Positions 11,721 through 23,408 of a stretch of DNA of 64,000 nt are shown in pieces; positions within the stretch are counted from its first letter, which is position 1, and every line of letters begins with the position of its first letter. The DNA is from Cetorhinus maximus (lineage: Eukaryota). A program made the position numbers and the translations under genes. Below the pieces are notes generated by a model, which did no database searches, was not told the origin of the DNA, and saw only the letters and a program-made list of their open reading frames with translations. The stretch spans positions 33,976,001-34,040,000 of the forward strand of contig NC_135903.1 of the NCBI RefSeq assembly GCF_964194155.1, in the 5' to 3' direction.

Positions 11721-12729
11721 CTGGGCACAGCAACGGCTAACTTGTGTCTTAAATTACATCAGTCACTATATATCTAAAGTACTTTATAAGCTGTTGAGTG
11801 CTTTGAGACACCTGTGCTCAGGAAGGGCACAATGTGAATGCAAGCCTGTTTTGAAAAAAATATCATCGAGAAAGCTGGGCCTACACACAAAACTGCCCTC
11901 ACTCCAGGGTGAATTTATCAGCAGTGCAGTTGTTTACAGGCCTTCCAAAGGGCCCCAAAAAATAAACTGGATGATTTGGGTTTGAGTACAGCAACAGACA
12001 TGTGTTAAAAGGTTTGCAAAGCAACTTTATTAATTTACAAATACAATAACTATTGCATTCCAATTCCAAAAAAGTGGGAATGAACCAATCCAATTTCCAT
12101 CACCATTAATTTCTACAAAACAGCAAAGGTTGCTTCCCATTCAAGGGACAAGCATACTGACTTGGAACTATTTCCCATTTCTTCACTGTTACTGGCTAAC
12201 ACTCCTGGAAAACCCTTCCCAACACCTCTGTAAATTCACCTACACCACATGAACGGCAGCAGTTCAGGTGTTCAAGGGGGCGGTTCATCACCACCTTCTG
12301 TCGGGTAATTAGGGAGGAGCAACAAATTCTGGCCTTTCCAGAGACGCCCACGTCCCATCAAGGAAGAAATGAAGCCAAATCATGCAAAAGTAGCTGTGAA
12401 TGATCCGCATATTTTAGTAATGTAAAAATGCTCACGCTCCCGTAGGTCCTTCCTATTTCCTCTAATGTCACTCGCCAGTGTTTTTAATATTCTTCCTTCA
12501 GTTCCCTGACCCTCCTTCCGCCTCCGCCTTCAATAATTACAATTCCCACTGTTCTATTCGCCAATAACAGCATTGTTGTAAATTGTAGTTTCTCTCCAGC
12601 CTCCAGTTGGGGAATGTGGGATTCCGCTCCCACATCCACCCGGACGGTAGATTTTGGTTACACTTCCAGCTGAGAGGGATTTGGTGACATTTCCTATGTA
12701 CCCGGGCATTTACCGAATACCCCAAAGCT

Positions 12730-13760
12730 TTTCCCAACTGCCCCTCACCCCTCTCAGTCTGATCCACCCTCTTTACAAACCCTCCTCCCTTTCGGAAATG
12801 ACAAAACACGTCACTTTCCTTCAGGCACTTTCGCTTTGGGCTGAAATGGACACCAGGTTAATTTCCAGAGAGAAAGTGACACGGACACTTTCCCGGGAGA
12901 GGGACAAGAAAGAAAGGATGAAAGAAAAGAGAGCGGGATCACTTTCGGACTCAGAATCGGAGCAGATCAAATATTCTTTCAATCCGACTCTGAAAATGGC
13001 TCCAGAAAACAACCGAGAAATGAGAAACTTCTCCCAGTTAAAGAGCAGATTGTGGGACAGGTCAATCGGAGCGGAGTCTGTCTCCATGAAGCGGTGTCCC
13101 TGGGCTGTGAGCCGAGCTCTCTGCAATGTCCAACCTGTGAAGTGTGAACAGGACAAGCGCCAGGTGAACACACCGCGGGGACACAGTGGATTTCAAAGGG
13201 AATCGCTCTTCATGGGGCCCAATGTCAGCACTAAAAGCCGCCGCACCGGATCACCGCTGTCGCTCTCTCTATAATCCGGATGATAAAATCCAGCCCCCGA
13301 TACATGTTCACACTGCCCCCAATTCAGAGCCTCCCTCTACACCACCTTCGTGCCCCAGGTGAGCTGAAGCCACACAACACTGAGCTGGAACCGAGCGCTG
13401 CCTGTGATTTTCAACCGGGGATTTTCCACTCGCTGCTTCCGGAATCTCCAGCTTTTACATTCCTGACCTCAGAAAGGAAACCGGACAAACTATTGATCTC
13501 CCGCAGCTCTTCCAAAAATCCTCGAGCCCGTTTTCACTTTTCGAATGTAATGCCACACATTAAAGCCGACAGCATGGCAGCGCCAGTGAGAGCACCGAGC
13601 AGACTCCACACTCACACTCACACCGTTCGGCAGCACAGGCGCTCGCTCCCGGATCACAAGCGGCTCCGATTCGACTTTCCCAGTTTAAATCCGCCGCGGA
13701 ATCACGAAGCAGTCGGTTTCTCATCTTTCACATCAGTGTTTCACTCTGGGTCGCTTGATC
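12730..13760 (+). promoter_or_regulatory. IFN promoter type A, copy 2
   Basis: Near-identical to 3400-4434, with the same kB and IRF motifs. Confidence 0.7.
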
Positions 13761-16700
13761 ATGGCTTTGGCGAGTATCTGGAGATTCTGGATGGTGTTGC
13801 TCTTCTTGTCCGGGACCCTCAGTCTGGGATGTGACAGGCTGCAGTTACAGCAAGTTCTCAACACAGAGACTCTCAGCAAACTGAATGCAATGGTGAGTTG
13901 AACCCAAAACACCGAGTCGGTAATTATGTTGAGGGGAGAGAGGGAATCAGCCTCCAGGAGAGATTAAATCTGGATTTGGGTGAAGGAACAAATGGGATCT
14001 GAGAGGAAATTGGAAAGCAGACATTGAGGAGGAGGGCGCTCAATGACGGAAGAAGCGGAATGTGAACCTGAAGGGGGAGAGGGGGCAAATCAGAGACAGC
14101 CCATCAGTAACAACCATTCAGAATAATAGAGCCACTTTAAGGTCTCAAGGTGCCTCACGGGAATGTTATACAGCAACATTTGTTGTGGTGGGCACAGCAA
14201 GATTTCAAACTTTGCAGATGATACAAATTTTGGAAATGTTGTCAACTGTGATGCGGATGGTGCTGAACTTAAAAACGACATTGGCATGTTTGTGGATTGG
14301 GCAGACAAGTGGCAGATGAAGTTCAATGTAGAGAAATGTGAGGTGATACGTTTTGGGAGGCAAGATAAGGCGAGACCTTATAAAATAAAGGGAGTGACTC
14401 TACAGGATGTGCAGGAACAGAGGGACCTCGGTGTATATGCGGATTGGTCATTGAAGATGGCAGGGCATATTGAGAGCAGTTAATAAAGAATATACTAGCA
14501 TAGGCTTTATTAATTGTGGCGTTGAGTAGAAGAGAAAAGAGGTCATGTCGAACTTGTATAAGACACCAGTTAGGCATCATCTGGAGTACTGTTCTGGGCA
14601 CCATACTTGAGGAAGGATGTAAGGGTATTGTTGAGAGTACAGAGGAGGTTAACAAGAATCATTCCCAGGATAACGAACTGTAGCTACGCGGGAGGATTGG
14701 AGAGGTTGTCACTGTTTTCCTTGGAGAAAAGAATGTGGAGATTAGGCTTAATTGAGGAACTCAAGGTACCCTGTGGGGTATGGACAGCGTTAATAATAAG
14801 AAACCGTCTCCACGAAAACGAACATCAAGAAATATAGGGCACAGGTTGAAAATAGTTGGCAAAGGGAGTAAATGTGATATGAGGAGCAATTTTTGAACCC
14901 AGGGTGTGATTGGAGCAAACTTCACGCAGTGCTTTCAATATTTGAAAATGAGGGTGAGAATTTTAAAATGAAGGTATTTCTTATCCAGGAGACTGACGCT
15001 GTGTTTTGTTTGATCTCCCTGAGGAGATGCATGTCGAACAGAAATAGAAAGGGACCTAAAATAGATTCTTGGGGACACAGAGGCTAAACGTTGGGGCTGG
15101 GTGGGTGATGGTGGGGAAGAGATGCCATTCTGGGCTTTTACAGTCTGCATTTAGACAGTGGGAGCCAGGCAGTGTATCCCCAACCAGCAGGCCCATGGTG
15201 GAGAAAGTTGAATTCTGATGTTCATGTCGACTATGTCACAGGGCTAGAAGGAGGAGAATGTTTTACATATGTCACGGGCATGTTGAATGTAATTTATGAA
15301 TTTGCCTATCACCTTATGGAGATCTTGTGATGCAATGGGTCGGACCTGCTTTCAGGCAGAGAACTCAAGAACAAGTACAGCCTTATAATGAATCAATGTT
15401 ACCAAATGCCCCTTCATTGCCCCCTTAATGCGAATCCGTTCAATTTGGAGGAAGCATGATAATGTTCCCAAAACATTGTTAAAACTGTTGATCCAAATTA
15501 TTAGAACTTTGAGCTGGAACCGAGCGCGGGTTGTGATTTTCTCTCGGGCATCTTCCAGTCACTGGTTCAGGAATCTCCAGATTTCAGATTCCTTACCTCA
15601 GACAGGGAGCAGACAAACTCTTCCTCTCCTGAAGTCCTTCCAAAACTCCCGCAACCAGATTTCACTTATAGAGTGTAATAGCAACATCGCCAGTCCCCCC
15701 TCTTCACAGCGACAGCTCCTCCCAGCACAATTCTCACACAAACATACACAAACAGGACTGGACATTCAGGCGGTCGCTCCGGCTTCACAAGCTGCAGCAT
15801 TTCCACTCCTCGTGTTTCATTCGCTTCAAAGTAACAGACTTTCGGAGTTGATCCCAGATCCGGTCAGTGTCTGATCCTCAACTCGGGGTGTTTCACTCTG
15901 GGTCGCTTGATCATGGCTTTGGCGAGTATCTGGAGAATTTGGATGGTGTTGCTCTTCTTGTCCGGGACCCTCAGTCATATTTCTTGATGTTCGCTTTCGT
16001 GGAAACGGTTTCTTATTATTTACGCTGTCCATACCCCACAGGCTATCTTGAGTTCCTCAATTAAGCCTAATCTCCACATTCTTTTCTCCAAGGAAAACAG
16101 TGACAACCTCTCCAATCCTCCCGCGTAGTTACAGTTCACCTCCTCTGTACCTCTCAGGGCGGACCTTTTCCCCGACACTGTATAAGACAGAGACTCTCAC
16201 TGAAAACCAAACCCTTGAACCTGGTGAAACTCTCGAAGGAATTAGAGGTGAGTAAACACTCGGTTCATTTGATTCACACAGGGCTTATATACAAAGTAAG
16301 ATCAACAACCGGATCGGAAACTTCCACATCAGGAATTTGGAATAGAGTGATTTGTACCCATTGTGAATGTAGGAGCAGTCTCACTTATTGTATTTCACTC
16401 ACTATCTCACTCATGAACTATATCACTCTCTCTAACCGCACTCACTACTCCCTTATCTCCAACTCTCTCCCTCCCAGATATTATGTCCCTCCCTCTAACT
16501 ACCTGCTCTGCGAGCCATCCGACTGGATCTCCCATCTCCTTTTCCTGCAGGGTCTCTAGATTATTCCGTGCAGACCACTGCCTGATGGGCCTGTTGTCAA
16601 AGGTGTTTCTCTGCCTGAACATTTCTACACGGGATAGGTGGTGAGTCAGGTTCCAAAGGCTTCGAGTGTTCCCGACAACAAGGCCAGTCCCATCCTTTGC

Positions 16701-19299
16701 AACACCGGGGACAGGTTGAAAGTCAGCACTTGCAGTTTGCGTTCCAAGGGTCCACGCACAGCTTGATGCAGCAAGACACAAATGTAGTCATCAGGATGAG
16801 GGCGATGTTGACTGCGTTTGGTCCTCTGATCATTGACTATGTGAAAACTTCTCAACTTTTCTCAACCTAACACCCTTTAATTTTCTCACCGCCTCTAACC
16901 ACCTCACTTCCTCTAAACATCTTATTCCCTGTAACAATTTGCCTCCCTCGAAACATCTCACTCCTCAGCTGCACTGAAAGACTTTGGGGCATGAACCACG
17001 CAGGCAGGTTAGGCCATAGGAACATAGAATGATCCTGTGCTGAAGGAGACCGATTGGGCAGAATGGCCTGTTTCTGTGCCACGTTTCCGATCAACTACCT
17101 GGTGGAAAAATACGTTAGTAGGTACGCACTAACCAGCATTCATATATTCAAGAAAAATCACCTTTCCCAAACTTGATTGAGTTATGTGATAATGCAGCAG
17201 AGAGTGTTCATGAGGTTAGTGCGCTTAATCTTCTGATGATGTCATCATACCTCTGCAGCACTTTGAATGAACGATTCAAATTATTCCCGATCTCATCCCC
17301 CATTACAATGCAAAAATCTTCTCTGACTATTTATCCAATTCTCTCTTGAAAGTTATTATTGAATCTGCTTTTGCTGTTTTGAAAATCAATCCATACGCAC
17401 AGTTTTAAAAGACTAATCATCAGAAGATCCAGCGCACAATCCTCATCAACGCTCTGCTACATTAACACATAACTCAATCAAGCTTGGTAAAGATAATTTG
17501 ATGGTAAAGATGTCTCCCCAGAGATCTCTGTGTCTGAAGGTTTCCCACCACCCAAAATGGTCTAACTGGCCTGTATTTGTTGGGTTTATCCCTCTTCCAT
17601 TTTTGAATGGGATGTAAGTATTTGAAATCTTCTGGTCCGCTGCCATCATGTCCCTCATATCTAAAGAGGACTGGAGGAATGCGGCCAGAAGTGTCATTTC
17701 AACCCTTGCTTTCCTCAGCAATCTCAGCTGTATTCCGACCAGATCAGGTGACTTTCCTAACCTGAGTGCTGCCAATATTTTACGTACCTCCTCTTTATCT
17801 ATTTTAATCCTACCCAATTTCTCTACTCGCTCCCCCTTCACTGTGACTTTTGAAGCATCTGCTTGTGAAGTGAAGACAAATTCCAAGAACTGGTTTAGGT
17901 CCTCCGCCATGTCCTTTGTGTCCCACAAGAAGATTTATTTTTTGCTCACTAATCAACACAAACAAACATTTATTTACATGCTTATTAAAAGTTATTAGCT
18001 TCCCTCTTATGTGACCTGCTCATCAATTCTCATGCATTCTGTTTATTCCTTATTTCTTTTGATAACTTTTCTCCATATTGGCTGCATTCAGCTTGGTTCC
18101 TCACTCAGCTAAGAGCCTAATGTTTCACATAAGGCTTCGTTTTCTGTTTTGTTTTAATGTCTACATCTTTTGGCGATGAGGTCATTGACCTTGCCATGCC
18201 CTTCCTTTCTGCTTCATTGAAAGGAGTCCAGTCTGCAACCATAACATCTCCACTTAAAAAGAGCCTCAATTGCTACTTTCCTCCTGAGGAAGCACTATTT
18301 AAGAGGAGTCAGTGGCTTAGTGGTAGATTCACAGGGTTAATAATTCATGGCCTAGGCTAATGCTCTGGGCACCTGAGTTCATGCCCCATCACACAGCTGG
18401 TGGAATTTTAATTCAATCAATAAACGTGGAATATAACACTAGTGTCAGTAATACTGACCATGCAACTATCATGGATCTTTGTAAAACCCTTCTGATTCAC
18501 TAATGCCTTTTAAGAAAGGAAATGTGACTTCTGCATCTGGACTGGATGACATGTCACTCTCAGCACATGGTCGAATCTTCACTGTCCTTTCTAATATTCA
18601 GTTCAAGGGACATTAGGGATGGACATGTAATTCTGGCTTTGCCAGTGATGCACACATCCCATGAATGTCTAAAGGAAAATAGAATCCTTGATTCAAATAC
18701 ACCTGGGCCAGATCCCCTTTAAATGCACTAAAATTAATCCTCCCCCTTTTGCCCATTTTCAGCTGTATTTGTATTTTGTTCTTTAACATAGTCTGTTCTA
18801 AAATTAAAAGTGAACATGTCCTTTCTAATGTCATTCTCTACATTATACACAGATACAGGATAGGATCCAGATTGTCCATCAAACCCTGTGTCACATCAGA
18901 AAGATCTACAGCATGAACCTGGGTTCAGCCGCATGGGCCCAGGACAAGGTGGAAAACCTTCGGCTTCTCCTGGATCGGCAGCTCGGTGAGCTGGAAGAAT
19001 GTGTCAGGAAAGCAGGATCAGAGCACAAGATGAGGAGAAACTCCGCCATTCACAATTACTTTAGGAAACTGGAAAAGTTTCTCAAACAGGAGGTAGGTCA
19101 ATTGATAAATGACAATGTGATTGCTGGCATGTAGTTCATTTCACCACATTTAAATCTGCTCATTCTCTAATCGGTTTCCCTGAATAATTTTCTTTTTCAG
19201 AAATTCAGTGACTGTGCCTGGGAAATAATGCGCAATGAGACCAGAGCCCGTTTACAACAGCTCCTTTTCATCATAGCACAAATCATCAGAAGAAACTGA
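13761..19299 (+). CDS. IFN: Type I interferon, copy 2 (intact only if upstream exon 1a is spliced to exon 2)
   Basis: Exon 1a 13761-13892 (GTGAG donor), exon 2 16158-16247, exon 3 18853-19092 and exon 4 19201-19299 give an open 186-aa frame ending KFSDCAWEIMRNETRARLQQLLFIIAQIIRRN*. There is an extra Cys in exon 3, and the proximal exon 1b is disrupted. Confidence 0.75.
14195..14900 (+). mobile_element. CR1 LINE 3' fragment between exon 1a and promoter B (paralogs at about 45610-46315 and 55105-56020)
   Basis: ORF 14163-14483 reads ISNFADDT...WADKWQMKFNVEKCEVIRFGR...QRDLGVY. Confidence 0.88.
15509..15912 (+). promoter_or_regulatory. IFN promoter type B, copy 2 (diverged paralog of the proximal half of promoter A)
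   Basis: Aligns by eye to promoter A from tgagctggaaccgagcgc onward. The kB site is altered (gggcatcttcc), GAAAGGAAAC is lost, and it leads into an exon 1 ATG. Confidence 0.55.
15913..16137 (+). pseudogene. Disrupted IFN exon 1b of copy 2
   Basis: Reads MALASIWRIWMVLLFLSGTLS then HIS*. The rest of the exon and intron 1 are replaced by an inverted copy of 14675-14835. Confidence 0.88.
17416..18060 (-). mobile_element. CR1 ORF2 fragment in IFN intron 2 (paralogs at about 24970-25600, 48900-49550 and 59640-60200)
   Basis: ORF 17446-17928 reads MAEDLNQFLEFVFT...LRLGKSPDLVGIQLRLLRK...FQSSLD-like. Confidence 0.75.
18310..18680 (+). mobile_element. tRNA-derived SINE in IFN intron 2 (paralogs at about 25857-26228, 29640-30040, 36313-36685, 40080-40445, 49800-50172, 60440-60812)
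   Basis: Head GGTGGCTTAGTGG...GAGTTCA (pol III A/B boxes) and tail gctggctttgccagtgatgcccacatcccatgaatgaataaa followed by an A-rich end. Confidence 0.75.
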
Positions 19300-19840
19300 G
19301 AAAGATGTTTAGCACAGACTGGGAGCAATGAATATTTATTTTAAAAACTTTTAACATAAAGCTATTTATATATATATTTGTAACAAATTTTATATTTTAT
19401 TGTACTGATGACAGAACAATGAGTGACATGATTGGATTATTTATTTATTTTAATTATTCATTTATTTATTGATATTTATTGCTATGATATTTTCCCCTGA
19501 TATAATCCTAACCCTTTAGTGGGTGGGGTGTCTGCTCTGGAATTTACTGGTAGGCTTTCAAGATATGGGTTTTCAGACCTATAAACCCTGGGCTGCACTG
19601 ACCTTTCCATTTCTCCTCTCCTAAGTGGCCAACTTTTCAATCTATTTCAGCCACTGTAATTTATTGATCTTTATTGTTGTGATGTCTTCATGTAATGAAA
19701 TGTTACATGTAATTTAATGTGTAATGTGAATTTTTAATGATAATTTATGTATTGATATTTATTAAGTGTTGGCGAACAGATAAATTTTTTTGTAACTGGA
19801 ATATTTTATACACAATGAGAGCCTTTGGTACAAATAAATT
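19300..19840 (+). promoter_or_regulatory. AU-rich 3' UTR (clustered ATTTA elements) and candidate polyA signal; equivalent in each copy
   Basis: Overlapping TTATTTAT motifs at 19335-19480 and AATAAA at about 19832. Confidence 0.65.
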
Positions 19841-22359
19841 GTTTTCAATATTACGCATTGACTGGAATGATGTTCATTTTTCAATTCTGTCGGTTGGCTT
19901 TCCATACTCAATACAAATGCTCTGGATTCTCCCAGCTGCTGCCTCTTCCTGTCAGCCCTTCTCTGTTCGCCTCTTCTGTCTCCACAATCAGATTTTCCCT
20001 CACCCGTTGGAACTGTGAACCTATTGTGAACCGAACTGCCCTGATTTATCATCTTTTACCCCTCTGCATCTCAACGCCACATTCCAGCTCCAAAGGAGAG
20101 AGGCCTGAGCTTGATGTTCAGGAGACAAGTGGAAAATAGAGGTATAAATTAGAAATGGACAGATGGAGAAATGGAATGGGTGGACATAGAAGATGACTGG
20201 AGTGTCAGCCTCTGCGAATATATGGGGACATCAGACAATGGGGTTGAGAATGACATCAGGTAATGAGTAGGAAGGAGAATGAGTGCAGAGTGGGAATGGA
20301 AATCTTTTGTTTCGCATGGTTGTTTACACCTTCTGAAAATCTGTATGATAAATACTGTCTGCATTACATTAGAACAGAAGAAAAAAGAGAAGTAGGCCAT
20401 TTGGCCACTCAAGCCTGCTCCACCATTCAATAAGATTCCAACTGATTTGATTGTGGCCTTAAATCCACTCCCCTGCCTGCCACCTATAACCTTTGACTCC
20501 TTTGTTGATCAATCCCATCTAACTCATACTTGAATATATTCAATAACACAATCTCCAACTGTACTCTGAGGTGGAGATTTAAAAGATTAATGACACTCAG
20601 CACAAAAGAAATCCACCTCATCTCCGTCTCATGTGCATATTGAAACTTTGGCCCCCAGTTAGAGACTCCCACAGAGAGGAAACACCTCAACATCTACACG
20701 GTCAAATCTCCTCACAATCTTAAATGATTCAATGACATCACCTCTCATTCTTCCAAACTCGAAGGAGTATAGGCTCAACCTGGTTATGATTGCTTCATAA
20801 ACCAACTTCTCTTTCCAGGAATCAACCTGGTGAACCCTCTCTGAAGTGTCTCCAATGCAAGTTAATCCCTGCTTAAATAAGGAGACCAAATCTGTACATA
20901 GTACTCCAGGTCTGGTCTCACAAATGGCCTGTAGAGTTGAAGCAAAACTTCCCTACTTCTATTCTTCATCCTCTTTGCAATAAAGGACCACATACCATTT
21001 ACCTTTCCAATTAATTGCTCTACCTGTTTGCTAAATTTTAATTGCTCAGGTCCAAGGACACCCAGGTCCCTCTGCACTGAAAGATTCTGTGTTCTTTCTC
21101 CATTTAAACAACATTCTGACTTTCTGCTGGGCAGAGCAACGGCTAACTTGTGTCCTACATTACATCAGTCACTATATATCTAAAGTACTTTATAAGCTGC
21201 TGAGTGCTTTGAGACACCTGTGGTCAGGAAGGGCACAATGTGAAAGGAAGCCTGTTTTGAAAAAAATATCATCGAGAAAGTTGGGCCTACACACAAAACT
21301 GCCCTCACTCCAGGGTGAAATTATCAGCAGTGCAGTTGTTTACAGGCCTTCCAAAGGGCCCCAAAAAATAAACTGGATGATTTGGGTTTGAGCACAGCAA
21401 CAGACATGTGTTAAAAGATATGCAAAGCAACTTTATTAATTTACAAAGACAATAACTATTGCACTCCAATTCCAAAAAAGTGGGGATGAACCAATCCAAT
21501 TTCCATCACCATTAATTTCTACAAAACAGAAAACCGACCCCAAAAGTGGTATCAAGTTGTGAACGTCAGTAAGTCTACAACGCTCTAACCAACTTCAATA
21601 TTTACTGTCCACCACCGACAAACACTGGGGTCAGTGTGTACCATGTACATGGTGAACTGCAGGATCTCACCAAAGCCCCTTCAACACCGCTTCCCAAACT
21701 GACGGCTTCTACAACCCAGAAGAACAAGGGTAGCAGGTGCAAGGGACCAGCAGAAAAGTTCGTTTCCCATTCAAGGGACAAGATACTGACTTGGAACTAT
21801 TTCCCATTTTTTCACTGTTACAGGCTAACACTCCTGGAAAACCCTTCCCAACACCTCTGTAAATTCACCTACACCACATGAATGGCAGCAGTTCACGGGT
21901 TGAAGGGGGCGGTTCATCACCACCTTCTGTCGGGTAATTAGGGAGGAGCAACAAATTCTGGCCTTTCCAGAGACGCCCACGTCCCATCAAGGAGAAAATG
22001 AAACCAAATTTTGCAAAAGGAGCTGTGAATGGGCCGCATATTTTAGTAATGTAAAAATGCACACGCTCCCGCAGGTCCTTCCTATTTCCTCCAATGTCAC
22101 TCTCCAGTGCTTTTAATATTCTTCCTTCAGTTCCCTGACCCTCCTTCCGCCTCCGCCTTCAATAATTACAATTCCCACTGTTTTATTCGCCAATAACAGC
22201 ATTTTCGTAAGTTGTAGTTTCTCTCGTGTCTCCAGTTGGGGAATGTGGGATCCCGCTCCCACATCTACCCGGACGGTAGATTTTGGTGACACTTCCAGCT
22301 GAGAGGGATTTGGTGCCATTTCCTATGTAGCCGGGCATTTAGCGAATACCCCAAAGCAA

Positions 22360-23408
22360 TTCCCAACTGCCCCTCACCCCTCTCAGTCTGATCCACCCTC
22401 TTTACAAACCCTCCTCCCTTTCGGAAATGACAAAACACGTCACTTTCCTTCAGGCACTTTCGCTTTTGGCTGAAATGGACACCAGGTTAATTTCCAGAGA
22501 GAAAGTGACACAGACACTTTCCCGGGAGAGAGACAAGAAAGAAAGGATGAAAGAAAAGAGAGCGGGATCACTTTCGGACTCAGAATCGGAGCAGATCAAA
22601 TATTCTTTCAATCCGACTCTGAAAATGGCTCCAGAAAACAACCGAGAAATGAGAAACTTCTCCCAGTTAAAGAGCAGATTGTGGGACAGGTCAATCGGAG
22701 CGGAGTCTGTCCCCATGAAGCGGTGTCCCTGGGCTGTGAGCCGAGCTGTCTGCAATGTCCAACCTGTGAAGTGTGAACAGGACAAGCGCCAGGTGAACAC
22801 ACCGCGGGGACACAGTGGATTTCAAAGGGAATCGCTCTTCATGGTGCCCAATGTCAGCACTAAAAGCCGCCGCACCGGATCACCGCTGTCGCTCTCTCTA
22901 TAATCCGGATGATAAAATCCAGCCCCCGATACATGTTCACACTGCCCCCAATTCAGAGCCTCCCTCTACACCACCTTCGTGCCCCAGGTGAGCTGAAGCC
23001 ACACAACACTGAGCTGGAACCGAGCGCTGCCTGTGATTTTCAACCGGGGATTTTCCACTCGCTGCTTCCGGAATCTCCAGCTTTTACATTCCTGACCTCA
23101 GAAAGGAAACCGGACAAACTATTGATCTCCCGCAGCTCTTCCAAAAATCCTCGAGCCCGTTTTCACTTTTCGAATGTAATGCCACACATTAAAGCCGACA
23201 GCATGGCAGCGCCAGTGAGAGCACCGAACATACTCCACACTCACACTCACACTGTTCGGCAGCACAGGCGCTCGCTCCCGGATCACAAGCGGCTCCGATT
23301 CGACTTTCCCAGTTTAAATCCGCTCGCAAGAACCATTTTCGCCGCGGAAACACGAAGCCGCCGGTTTCTCATCTTTCACATCGGTATTTCACTCTGGGTC
23401 GTTTGATC
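22360..23408 (+). promoter_or_regulatory. IFN promoter type A, copy 3
   Basis: Near-identical to copy 1, and carries the 19-nt longer 5' allele. Confidence 0.7.

Noticed and set aside
11683-12093. Repeated spacer ORFs (MFFLHLNN..., MDWFIPTF...)
   Set aside because: They have non-ATG starts, are broken by stops in several copies, and partly overlap decayed CR1 sequence.
19940-20139. Polypyrimidine tract plus AG and a ~100-aa ORF downstream of each gene, as a possible fifth exon
   Set aside because: The AG is absent in the first and last copies (ttgg, tcgg), the ORF ends vary, and it lies beyond the stop codon and AATAAA.
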